Shown one piece after another: positions 40,829-51,200 of a DNA stretch of 64,000 bases. A model generated the notes under the pieces. It was not told where the DNA came from. It was given only the letters and a program-made list of their open reading frames with translations, and did no database searches. Origin of the DNA: an uncultured bacterium (GTDB lineage: Bacteria; Zixibacteria; MSB-5A5; GN15; FEB-12); NCBI GenBank assembly GCA_965372795.1, contig CBDVDR010000001.1, positions 283,800 through 347,799 on the forward strand, read 5' to 3'. A program made the translations under genes and the position numbers. Each line of letters starts with the position of its first letter. Within the stretch, counting starts at the first letter, position 1.

Positions 40829-41897
40829 ATAAATTATTCTTCTTTCTAAATCTCTGAAATTGAGTGACTTTTTTCCAACGCTGTTTATGTTCATCAATTG
40901 CATCTCTATCGCCTTGACGGCGGGCAAGATGTTTTAATTCTCGTTGAAGTTTCAGGTAACTTTTGAACCGGTTTGCATCAAGTTCACCGGTTTCAATAGC
41001 CTCAAGAACCGCACATCCGGGTTCATTGTTATGAGTACAATCAGAAAAACGACACTCTGAGCCCAAAGTATCAATATCTGTAAAGGCTTTGTTCAAACCA
41101 TCTGATTCCGACCAGAGTTGAATTTCTCTCATGCCGGGCGTATCAATCAAAATACCGCCACCCTCAAAAATTATCATCTCACGATGAGTAGTGGTATGAC
41201 GCCCGCGACTATCATCAATTCGTATCGATCCGGTATCCTGATGCTCATAACCCAGAACCGAATTAATCAGGGTAGACTTCCCAACTCCGGATGATCCCAA
41301 AAAGGCAGCCGTTTTCCCCGGTTTAATATGATCCATTAAAGCTGCTGTACCTTTTTGCTCTAAAGCAGACATATTTAAAACCGGAAGACCAACTGCAATT
41401 TGAGAAACTTCCTCGATAATTTCATCACATCTGTCACAAAGGTCCGATTTATTTAACACAATTACCGGGTCAGCACCGCTGTCATAAGCAAGAGTTATAT
41501 ATCTTTCGATTCTGCGGAGATTAAAATCTTTATCCAGGCCGGCTACGATAAATATTGTATCAATATTCGATGCGACCACCTGTTCTTCGGTCAGATTTCC
41601 GGCAACTTTGCGGGAGAAATAACTTTTCCTTGGCAGCAGAGCCTGAATTAGTGCTTTATTTTCAGAGAGAATCGGAGTTATCGCTACCCAATCCCCGACA
41701 GCCGGAAAATCGGAAAGCTGCAGGGCATCAAACCTAAATTTCCCGGTTACTTCAGCATCAAGTTCTCCAAATTCAGATACGACTATATATTTTTCTTTAT
41801 GTTCTTTAAGAATTCTTGCCGGTTTAAAATCCGTATTTTTGTAATTTTCAAATAATTGTTCAAAATGGCTATTCCAGCCTAATTGATTTAGGTCCAT
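40827..41897 (-). CDS. rsgA: Ribosome small-subunit-dependent GTPase A
   Basis: Circularly permuted GTPase motifs NKSD, GSSGVGKS, GRHTT and DTPG; CRFSDCTH..EPGC zinc site. Confidence 0.93.
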   Translation of the reverse strand: MDLNQLGWNSHFEQLFENYKNTDFKPARILKEHKEKYIVVSEFGELDAEVTGKFRFDALQLSDFPAVGDWVAITPILSENKALIQALLPRKSYFSRKVAGNLTEEQVVASNIDTIFIVAGLDKDFNLRRIERYITLAYDSGADPVIVLNKSDLCDRCDEIIEEVSQIAVGLPVLNMSALEQKGTAALMDHIKPGKTAAFLGSSGVGKSTLINSVLGYEHQDTGSIRIDDSRGRHTTTHREMIIFEGGGILIDTPGMREIQLWSESDGLNKAFTDIDTLGSECRFSDCTHNNEPGCAVLEAIETGELDANRFKSYLKLQRELKHLARRQGDRDAIDEHKQRWKKVTQFQRFRKKNNL

Positions 41898-42018
41898 TAT
41901 TAAATCCTATTAATTTAATTAGAGTGATTATTTTTAAGCACACTAACTCGTAAGGGATAATTAATTTCTCTTACAGGGAAGGATTTCTGCTGAAATTAGA
42001 AAGGAAAACTCGGCAGGA

Positions 42019-42069
42019 TCAGCTTCCGAAGCGTGACTTATTAACTATAGTAATATTTAAGACACTCAT
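42019..42069 (-). CDS. Putative leader peptide MSVLNITIVNKSRFGS upstream of rsgA
   Basis: GGAGG SD 9 nt before ATG; 16 codons; ends ~120 nt before rsgA. Confidence 0.55.
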   Translation of the reverse strand: MSVLNITIVNKSRFGS

Positions 42070-42235
42070 AACAACCACGCCTCCAGCTAAAAGTTTGAAT
42101 TATCAATTTCTTTAATAAAGAAATGATTATAACTTTCTTTGTCAAGTTTTTATGCATTCTCGATCTGTGAGTTAAAATTCGTAGGTATAAAATGACAAAT
42201 TATGTTATATTATTATTTCTGATAGGAGATTTGTT

Positions 42236-43036
42236 TTGACTCAAGAAGGCTTGATATTTAATATTAAGAAGTTTGCGATCCATGACGGACCGGGTATTCG
42301 CACAACTATATTTTTCTATAGCTGCCCGCTTGATTGCTGGTGGTGTCATAATCCTGAATGTAAAATAGATAATCTCGATAATATTAATAAACAATTAGAC
42401 CAATCAAATTCTGAATCTAATCAAAAAACAGTTCAAGCTTATAAAATTTCATCAACCGCCCTTCTTGAAGAAATATTGAAGGATGAAATATTTTATACTG
42501 AATCTAACGGAGGAGTTACATTCTCAGGCGGTGAGCCGATGATGCAGGTTGATTTTTTGCTTGAAATGCTAAAAATTTGCAAAGCCGCCGGAATCCATAC
42601 TACCGTTGACACTACCGGATATGCTCCTTTTGAAAAATATGAACAGATATATGATTTTGTCGATATCCTGTTGTATGATTTGAAATTAATCGACAATGTC
42701 AATCATCAGCGATATACCGGCGTTTCCAATTTACTGATATTGGAGAATTTGAGAAGATTGACTGAACTTGGGAATAAAGTAAAACTGCGGCAGCCGCTTA
42801 TCCCGGGGATTTCTGATACTGATGAAAACCTTCAAGCTACTGCCGATTTTATACAAGGCTTAAGAAACATTGACCAGATCAGCCTACTTCCTTATAATAA
42901 GTTTGGAGAAGATAAACTAAGACGGTATAACCTATCAGAAAAAATCGGACCACTTGAAATTCAAACAGATGATAAACTGAAAAGATGCGGACGCTTTTTT
43001 GAAGAAATAGGTTTAAATGTATTTTACGGAGGTTAA
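42236..43036 (+). CDS. Glycyl-radical enzyme activating enzyme (radical SAM)
   Basis: HDGPGIRT, CPLDCWWCHNPE and GGVTFSGGEP motifs; directly upstream of the GRE. Confidence 0.93.
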   Translation: MTQEGLIFNIKKFAIHDGPGIRTTIFFYSCPLDCWWCHNPECKIDNLDNINKQLDQSNSESNQKTVQAYKISSTALLEEILKDEIFYTESNGGVTFSGGEPMMQVDFLLEMLKICKAAGIHTTVDTTGYAPFEKYEQIYDFVDILLYDLKLIDNVNHQRYTGVSNLLILENLRRLTELGNKVKLRQPLIPGISDTDENLQATADFIQGLRNIDQISLLPYNKFGEDKLRRYNLSEKIGPLEIQTDDKLKRCGRFFEEIGLNVFYGG

Positions 43037-43041
43037 TAAGA

Positions 43042-45405
43042 ATGAATGACCGGATTTCTCGATTACGGCAACAGAGTCTGGATGCAATTGCTACAATTTC
43101 TGAAGAGCGATCTGTTTTATTAACAAAGTTTTATCAATCAGGAATAGCTGAGAAAAAATCTATCCCTGTAAGTAGGGCTTTGGCATTAAAATATATTCTT
43201 GAACATAAAGAACTGTGTATTAACGATGGGGAGCTAATTGTTGGTGAACGGGGACCGGCGCCAAAGGCAACCCCGACCTATCCCGAAATTTGCACGCATA
43301 CATTAAAAGATTATGAAATACTGAATTCCCGCGAGAAAGTTTCTTTTAAAGTATCAGAAGCAACCCGTAAAGTCCAGGAAGAACAAATCATCCCTTACTG
43401 GTCAGGACGGTCATTAAGAGATAGAATATTTGATGAAGTTGATGATGATTGGAAAGCTGCCTATTCAGCCGGTATCTTTACCGAATTCCAGGAACAACGC
43501 GCTCCGGGACATACGGTTTTAGATGATAAAATTTATAAAAAGGGGATGCTTGACTTTAAGAATGAAATAACCGCAAGTATCGCTAAACTTGATTTTTATA
43601 ATGATCCTGAGGCTCTGACCAAAAGAGAACAATTAGAGGCCATGCTGATTTCTGCGGATGCATTAATTAGTTTTGCAAAAAGATATTCCGAAAAACTTAA
43701 TGTACTTGCCAAATCTGAAGCTGATCCAGAACGAAAAGCTGAGTTGCATCAGATGGCGGAGATTTGTGAAAGGGTCCCGGCGTATGCTCCCCGTAATTTC
43801 TGGGAGGCTTTACAATATTACTGGTTTGTTCATTTAGGAGTTATAACCGAGTTGAATACCTGGGATTCATTTAACCCGGGAAGGCTGGATCAACACCTGC
43901 TTCCTTTTTATAATCATGATATAGCGACCCGGTTATTATCCAAAGATCGTGCGATAGAAATTTTACAATCATTCTGGATTAAATTCAACAATCAGCCGGC
44001 TCCCCCAAAAGTTGGCGTGACAGCTCAGGAAAGTAATACCTATACCGATTTCTGCCTAATCAATTTTGGCGGTGTTAATGAAAAAGGTGAAGACGCTACT
44101 AATGAATTAACCTATATTATTTTGGATGTAATTCAGGAGATGCGTCTTTTACAGCCAAGCTCAATGGTTCAGATCAGCAAAAAGAATCCTGATCGGCTGC
44201 TTAGAAAAGCATTTGAAATTATAAGAACGGGTTACGGACAACCATCTTTGTTTAATACTGATGCCATAATTCAGGAACTGGTTCGTCAAGGTAAATCAGT
44301 CGAGGATGCCCGCAATGGCGGTGCCAGCGGATGTGTCGAAGCCGGCGCCTTTGGCAAAGAAAGTTATATCCTTACCGGATATTTTAATATTCCAAAAGTG
44401 TTGGAAATAACTTTACATAATGGAATTGACCCTCAAACCAATCAGAAAATTGGAATAGAAACCGGAGCCGTAGAAAATTTTAAAAACTTTGAGCAACTTT
44501 TTGAAGCTTTCAAAGAACAGTTGAAACATTTTATAGAAATAAAAATTAAAGGAAATCTGATCATTGAAAAACTCTGGGCAGAATATCTACCCTCGCCTTT
44601 TTTATCAATTCTAATAGATGACTGTATAAAAACAGGAAAAGATTATAACAACGGTGGCGCCCGATATAACAGCTCTTATATCCAGGGGGTTGGATTAGGA
44701 ACGATCACCGACTCGCTTACTGCCATTAAATATAATGTCTTTGATAAAAAGAAGATTTCAATTACGGAATTAATGAATGCCTTAACGAATAATTTTAAAG
44801 GCTATGAAGAGCTTCACAAAAACCTGTTAGATCACACTCCCAAATACGGCAATGATGATGACTATGCTGATGATATTATGAGGGAGATTTTTGAAACGTA
44901 TTTTGGTTTAATTGATGGTCGTCCGAATGTAAAAGGCGGACAGTTCCGTATTAATCTGCTTCCTACTACCTGTCATGTTTATTTCGGTTCAGTATTGGGA
45001 GCAACGCCGGATGGACGTTTGCAAAAGATTCCGACATCCGAAGGTATCTCCCCGGTTCAGGGCGCCGACCGACATGGTCCCACAGCGGTTTTAAAATCAG
45101 CAGGGAAAATTGATCATATTCGAACCGGCGGAACATTATTAAATCAAAAATTTATACCCCAAATATTTGAGAATGAAGAGAGCGTGACCAAGTTAGTTCA
45201 TCTGGTCCGATCTTATTTCCGGATGGATGGCCATCATATTCAATTTAATGTTGTAACTGCGGATATTTTAAAAAAAGCTCAGGAAAATCCCGAGCAGTAT
45301 AAAGATCTAATCGTGCGAGTAGCAGGATACAGCGATTACTTTGTGGATTTGGGCGAAGACCTTCAAAACGAAATCATACATCGAACCGAACAATGTTTTA
45401 ATTAA
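43042..45405 (+). CDS. hypD: trans-4-hydroxy-L-proline dehydratase (glycyl radical enzyme)
   Basis: FTEFQEQRAPGHT, WDSFNPGRLDQHL, NNQPAPPKVG..ESNTYTDF, SGCVE, LPTTCH and RVAGY match recalled HypD motifs. Confidence 0.85.
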   Translation: MNDRISRLRQQSLDAIATISEERSVLLTKFYQSGIAEKKSIPVSRALALKYILEHKELCINDGELIVGERGPAPKATPTYPEICTHTLKDYEILNSREKVSFKVSEATRKVQEEQIIPYWSGRSLRDRIFDEVDDDWKAAYSAGIFTEFQEQRAPGHTVLDDKIYKKGMLDFKNEITASIAKLDFYNDPEALTKREQLEAMLISADALISFAKRYSEKLNVLAKSEADPERKAELHQMAEICERVPAYAPRNFWEALQYYWFVHLGVITELNTWDSFNPGRLDQHLLPFYNHDIATRLLSKDRAIEILQSFWIKFNNQPAPPKVGVTAQESNTYTDFCLINFGGVNEKGEDATNELTYIILDVIQEMRLLQPSSMVQISKKNPDRLLRKAFEIIRTGYGQPSLFNTDAIIQELVRQGKSVEDARNGGASGCVEAGAFGKESYILTGYFNIPKVLEITLHNGIDPQTNQKIGIETGAVENFKNFEQLFEAFKEQLKHFIEIKIKGNLIIEKLWAEYLPSPFLSILIDDCIKTGKDYNNGGARYNSSYIQGVGLGTITDSLTAIKYNVFDKKKISITELMNALTNNFKGYEELHKNLLDHTPKYGNDDDYADDIMREIFETYFGLIDGRPNVKGGQFRINLLPTTCHVYFGSVLGATPDGRLQKIPTSEGISPVQGADRHGPTAVLKSAGKIDHIRTGGTLLNQKFIPQIFENEESVTKLVHLVRSYFRMDGHHIQFNVVTADILKKAQENPEQYKDLIVRVAGYSDYFVDLGEDLQNEIIHRTEQCFN

Positions 45406-45432
45406 AAAAAGGCTGTGAGATTCACAGCCTTT
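45405..45432. terminator. Bidirectional terminator
   Basis: AAGGCTGTGA-GAT-TCACAGCCTT between convergent genes. Confidence 0.7.
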
Positions 45433-45455
45433 CTGATCTCTTTAATAATATCAAA

Positions 45456-47573
45456 TTATTGCACTGACAAATTCAACGGTGTTTCAGTAACCTGCCATTG
45501 ACCTTTACCAACATTTTTGGGTCCTTTGAAAACCAGATAAGAATATTTTCCATAATGGGGTACCAGTTGACCGATTCGCGGCAGAGATTCATAGTCATCA
45601 GTGAGAATAATCATAAGTTTTCCTGAACCTACATTGCTTTTTCCAGTTAGAACAAAAGTATGCCCTTCACGAGGGAATTCAACTTCATTGATAGTGATTG
45701 TCGTTTGATTTGCAGATATATTTTTAAATATATAAGGAGGTATCATAGATGGATTAAGAAGCAGAGGTACAAATTCACCTTTTGAATTTGGTGAAGATAA
45801 TATTTGCGACATCAAGCTGTCATCGGTAATGTTAAATGCAAATTCTGAAAATTTACTTTTAGCTTCTTCGTTTGGCTGAGTAAATATAAAATTCTTTTCT
45901 TCAACCCCGAGGATGGCTGAAACTATCGGCTCAACCTCGTCGGGATACAACTGTCTAAAGATATGATAATCGGGATCAATTTGAATTTGGTCAACATCAA
46001 TTGACAGATTCATTTCAAATTGTTTTTCAGCTGAATCGAGCAATAAAGTTGTATCAAGAATTGTTTTTTCACCGGCTAAAAACCTAACCGGAATTTCAAG
46101 GCGGTAGTTCTGTTCACTTTTGTCAGCGAGAGTAAATTTGATTGATTTGGTATCACCTGAAATTTTTGATTCAAGATTATTGACCTCAAGCATTGGCGCT
46201 CCGGCACGATCAATCCATTCAGGAATAATATATGAAAGATCCTCGCCACTTTCTTTTTCAAAGAAACTAATCCAATCCTCCCATGAAACTCTTACACCGA
46301 TATTTTGAGCAAACATATTTTTCCATGCTTTAAAAAACGGTTCTTCCCCTATCGCTTCTTCAATCATGTGAAAAACCATCATCGCTTTATTATATCCGAT
46401 TGTCCGGGTGTTCGGTGATGTTCTTGATTTAAACTCACGAATGGGGAAATCATTTGATTCGTTGACATAGCTGTTATACTGTTTGAGAATATTTTTTCGG
46501 TAATCCATCGCATCTGATTTTGATTTTTTTAATTTGTATCTGTAATCAGCACCATAAACAGTAATTGATTCGCACCAGTTACCTTTTTCGTAATCAACAT
46601 AAAGAGAATTTCCAAACCAGTTGTGAAGGACCTCATGCCCCAACGATGTTGTTATAATAAATGGCAGTCTCAGTACCTGCTGTCCCAACAAAGTCCAACC
46701 CGGCATCCCATAACCGGTAGGGAAGAAATTTTCTGCGACGGTAAATCTTTTAAAAGGATATGGTCCGATCAAATCAGAGTAGGTTTTGATATAATCTGCT
46801 GTTGCAGTTAGGTATCTATCTATCAAGGAACTGTCCTCAACAAAGAAATAACAGGCCACCTCAACTGAATCAACAAAAGTGGATTTTGTCAAATATGGAG
46901 CCGCCATAAACATTAACCCGTCAGACTTAAACGGGTTTTCCCATACCTGTATTTTCTTATCTCCCTCAGTCGTACTTGAAATTCTGTTTCCATCACTGAT
47001 AGATTCCCAGTCCGATGGAATCGTTACTGTCAGTTTAAAGTTAAGGATATCCTCACCCCCCATAGGGTAGAAAAAGGATGATGGGCTTAAATAGGCACCT
47101 CGTTTAAGAAAGGTTCCGTTTACTTCGCTGCCAACTCTTTCATTAGAGAATCTAATATTTTCGACTTCTTCATAAAAAGTGGCTGTATATTTAATTTCAA
47201 AATTACTTTCAGAACTTTCTTTTGTTTCAAAATACACATAAAGAGCATCACTGGGTTCTTCGATAGTTTTTGAAACTTCTGCTGCTGAACCTATAAGTGT
47301 CGACGTGTCCGATGGGATAAAAGTATAGTATTCTATTTCTTCACCATTAATTCTTATTTCTGAAATGTATGCCGTTTTATTCAAGATAAAATAATGCATT
47401 CCGGTATTATAAGAAAAAATACCTTTATCTATAAAAGTACCGGTATGATTTTCGATGTCGACCTTCATTTCAATTGAGTGATTGATAAAGTTTACCGAAT
47501 TGATTGCATTTGTTGAAGTTGCCAGAAGAATGACAAACATAATAATTTTAATGACTTGTTTGATTGGCAGCAT
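45456..47573 (-). CDS. Exported M1-family zinc aminopeptidase
   Basis: Signal peptide, TGYGMP, HEVLHNWFG-(x)-E and YNKA motifs. Confidence 0.85.
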   Translation of the reverse strand: MLPIKQVIKIIMFVILLATSTNAINSVNFINHSIEMKVDIENHTGTFIDKGIFSYNTGMHYFILNKTAYISEIRINGEEIEYYTFIPSDTSTLIGSAAEVSKTIEEPSDALYVYFETKESSESNFEIKYTATFYEEVENIRFSNERVGSEVNGTFLKRGAYLSPSSFFYPMGGEDILNFKLTVTIPSDWESISDGNRISSTTEGDKKIQVWENPFKSDGLMFMAAPYLTKSTFVDSVEVACYFFVEDSSLIDRYLTATADYIKTYSDLIGPYPFKRFTVAENFFPTGYGMPGWTLLGQQVLRLPFIITTSLGHEVLHNWFGNSLYVDYEKGNWCESITVYGADYRYKLKKSKSDAMDYRKNILKQYNSYVNESNDFPIREFKSRTSPNTRTIGYNKAMMVFHMIEEAIGEEPFFKAWKNMFAQNIGVRVSWEDWISFFEKESGEDLSYIIPEWIDRAGAPMLEVNNLESKISGDTKSIKFTLADKSEQNYRLEIPVRFLAGEKTILDTTLLLDSAEKQFEMNLSIDVDQIQIDPDYHIFRQLYPDEVEPIVSAILGVEEKNFIFTQPNEEAKSKFSEFAFNITDDSLMSQILSSPNSKGEFVPLLLNPSMIPPYIFKNISANQTTITINEVEFPREGHTFVLTGKSNVGSGKLMIILTDDYESLPRIGQLVPHYGKYSYLVFKGPKNVGKGQWQVTETPLNLSVQ

Positions 47574-47674
47574 ATTTACTCCATATTTATTTTATTAATT
47601 TATATGATCTAAAAATAAATTTAGGTAATTTTGAACTGACAATCAAGCTCTTGTATACTCGTAATTATGCCTTA

Positions 47675-48160
47675 TTAATTAAGATCCTTTCTCATTGAAT
47701 AGCCGAATTCTTCTGGAGTACGACCTTCACCTTCTTTAAATATCTTATAATCACGATTTTTATACATTTTAATAGCTCTATGGTTATCTCCATCGACACC
47801 CAATGTGATAACTTTTTTCCCAAGTTGTTTTGCTTGTTCTTCAATAAAATCCATCATCTTCCAGCCAATGCCCTGTTTTTGATGATCGCTTCTGACTTGT
47901 AAATTATGAACATGGCAGATATTTTTACCATCAGCCAATTCCGGATCATTGTCAGCTTTATTTAGTATTAATTGAATCATCGCTACGACTTTATCTTCCT
48001 CATAAGCGATAGAGATTATACGGTTATCACCGGCTTCACTAAGATCATGCTTAAGTTCTTTAATTATAGCTTTCAATTCATCATCTGTTTTTTTATATGT
48101 TTCAGCAATTGCAACCAATAGATCTAAATCACTGTTATTGTTTAACTCTACAATTTTCAT
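47675..48160 (-). CDS. GNAT family N-acetyltransferase (alternative start 48193)
   Basis: V..DHQKQGIG motif A and N.RAI.MY motif B. Confidence 0.85.
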   Translation of the reverse strand: MKIVELNNNSDLDLLVAIAETYKKTDDELKAIIKELKHDLSEAGDNRIISIAYEEDKVVAMIQLILNKADNDPELADGKNICHVHNLQVRSDHQKQGIGWKMMDFIEEQAKQLGKKVITLGVDGDNHRAIKMYKNRDYKIFKEGEGRTPEEFGYSMRKDLN

Positions 48161-48199
48161 TTTATCCCCAATTAATAAATTCAACTTATTCATTTATAT

Positions 48200-48229
48200 A
48201 CAGGCGAAAGAGAATACAAAACGTTTGCA
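48200..48229 (-). promoter_or_regulatory. Putative ECF promoter, copy 1 (GNAT)
   Basis: TGCAAACG-N15-CGCCTGT. Confidence 0.75.
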
Positions 48230-48236
48230 GAAATTT

Positions 48237-48270
48237 AAAAAAAGCCGTTTAGATTACTCCAAACGGCTTT
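48237..48270 (-). terminator. Intrinsic terminator (duplicated at 51904-51937)
   Basis: AAAGCCGTTT/AAACGGCTTT stem with a T tract on the minus strand. Confidence 0.75.
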
Positions 48271-48288
48271 GTAGTTATTGAGCAGGGA

Positions 48289-51200
48289 TTACTTCAACAG
48301 TAACATCTTCTTGCTATGGCTGTAATCACCAGCTTGTATCTTGTAGAAATAAACTCCGCTGGAAACTTGCTTACCATTGGAATTAACACCATCCCATTCG
48401 ATAGAATGATAACCGGCTTGCATCGAACCATCAATAAGCGTGGTTACTTTTTGTCCGATGACATTATAAACCGCAAGCTTCACCTCGCCCGGATTCGGCA
48501 AGGCAAACTCGATCTGTGTCACCGGGTTAAACGGGTTTGGATAGTTCTGGTTAAGGGAGTAAACATCCGGTAATGTTGGCTGTTTCATTGCTTCACCAAT
48601 TGATGGAATAACACTAATGTGGTTCATATCTGCAACAACTGCTGAAATTATTTCATACTCACCATTTAGTTGTACCAGATTAGTTGAACCGGCTTTGATA
48701 GTTTCTGAACCTTGAAGGTCAAGCAGACCGATCTGTGTTTGACCATCCTGTTCATGATAAAACATTTCGATATTTTTATCTGCAAGTTTTACCGGAGCTT
48801 CAGTTGATGAACCGATTAGTTCAATCTGGATTCCTTTCAAATCAAAATCAGAATCAATCGAAAGGGTTGTCATATTATTACCATAATAACTGTTGATTGA
48901 AACATCACCAGATTGTTTGTAAGCTTTAGGAATGCAAAGATCAGAACAATATGGAAGTGAGGGACCATCTCTAAACATGAAATCAATAAGGAAAGTTAAA
49001 TCAGAGATATCAAGGATACAATCCAAATTGAGATCAGCTTCTTCAAAGCATACCGGTTCCGGACCTGCTCTAAACATCCAATCAATGAAATAAGTCAGAT
49101 CAGAAATATCTGGCAGAAGTGGGTTGTCATTATCTCCATTGACATCTCCTCTTGGACCAACACAACAGCTACCATCTCCGATTATAATACTACCTGGGTT
49201 AAATTCTGGTATTACTACGCTATCAGGATAAACAAACTGATAACTATAATCAACCGCGTTATAGTTTACAGTAACTGTATCAATTACAACAAGCTCATCA
49301 TAAGCTTCTGGAGCGATGGTGAAGTACATTTTTGCTGTTGTAGTACTACAAGGGATTATTGGTTCTTCGGTAGACCTTTCACAAAAATATGGGAAAGCAT
49401 CATCTACCTTGCGAATAATTACTGTCGAATCATCAACATTTATAATTTCCAATCCACTAATTCCGGAATTTGCAATTACTGAATCAAGGATAACATTTTC
49501 ATATTGAGATGTATAATATCTTAATGGAATTGTAAACTCTTTAAGAGAATCATTAGTTGAGATTACAACTGGAATTACAACTTTCTGATCTGGTCTGGTA
49601 TATTCATCACCTACATCAACACCAGCCTCCACAAAAAACGATACATAAATATATTTTGATTCACTTATTCCATCAAAATCATATATTTCAATAACTCCTG
49701 AGTAAATCCCAGCAGTATAATTTGAATCTACAATTGAAATTACCAGAGTATCAGGATTTGATCCTGTTAGTTTATCTACTTGTATCCAATCAAAGCCGGA
49801 TTTTATTTTGGATCGCCAATTAAGAATTCCATCTTCACACGAACTATTGATATATACAACTTGAGAATCAATTGGATAGATAGAATTCTCTGTTGTATTA
49901 AATAACAGATATTTGTCACTTAACTCCACAGGTCTTTCTTGGGTGATATTGATAGTATAATCACTTGTATCAGAACCATTCAAGTTCTCCGCAATTATAT
50001 TAAAAACATACTCTCCTTCTTTAATATAATTAAAACAAAGAGAATCATTAGCCCAGGAATAATTGATTGGATCAATTAAAATACCATCAATAGTTAGAGA
50101 AATATTAACAGTTTCTTGATTGATTATCTGTAATTCAATACAAGTGTCATTACTTACTTCAAAACCACATGTTGCAAAATAATATTCTTTTTCTTGACGA
50201 TACACATACGGTTTTGAAAGGCAGAATTTGCATTGTAAACTCATCCAAAAGGTACTAGTTGGTGCACCATCTCCCTCTCTTATAAATATTGTATAATCTC
50301 CTGACTCAGGTAGCACATAATCTATGAAGTTTACCTGACGACCACCATAATCTCCCCAAACATCAGTGTAATCATCATAATCATATATAAACAATGTATC
50401 TGAGGGACCATACAACTCAAGCATACAACGAAATTTTGTATTTGTTCCCGCTGGTTCTACTCGTAATGTAATAATATCACTTGAATCACCATAAAAAGTA
50501 TATCCATCAATCGCTCCAAAAGGTGTTATAGCATCTTCATAATAAAAATCATATACAACCTCCATCGCATTATTTATAATATGCTCACGACACTGTAAAC
50601 TCATCCAATAAGCACTAGTCGGAGTACCGTCACCTTCTCTTATAAATATTGTATAATCTCCTGTCTCAGGTAACACATAATCAATGAAGTTCACCTGACG
50701 CCCTCCGTAATTTCCCCATACATCGGTGTAATCATCATAATCATATATCAAATATGTATTTGAGGGACCATACAACTCAAGCATACAACGAAATTTTGTA
50801 TTTGTCCCTGCTGGCTCTACTTGAAGAATAATTCTTTCACCTGCTACTCCACTAAAAGTGTAAGCATCTATTTCACCTGATATTGCTACAGTATCATTCA
50901 CCAAGGTATCATAAGATATCGGTAATGCATTATCCATCAAATGCTCACGACATTGTAAACTCAACCAGTAAGCACTAGTCGGAGTACCATCACCTTCTCT
51001 TATAAATATTGTATAAGTTCCTGTCTCAGGCAGCTCATAGTCTATGAAGTTCACTTGACGACCTCCATAACTTCCCCAAACATCAGTGTAATTATCATAA
51101 TCAGAAATAAATAATGTATCTGTTGGTCCATACAACTCAAGCAAACAACGAAATGTTGTATTTGTTCCTGCTGGCTCAACACGGAGAAGAATTCTTTCAC

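Noticed and set aside
43042..45405. Pyruvate formate-lyase
   Set aside because: It has a single Cys (SGCVE) rather than the PFL Cys-Cys pair; motifs fit HypD.
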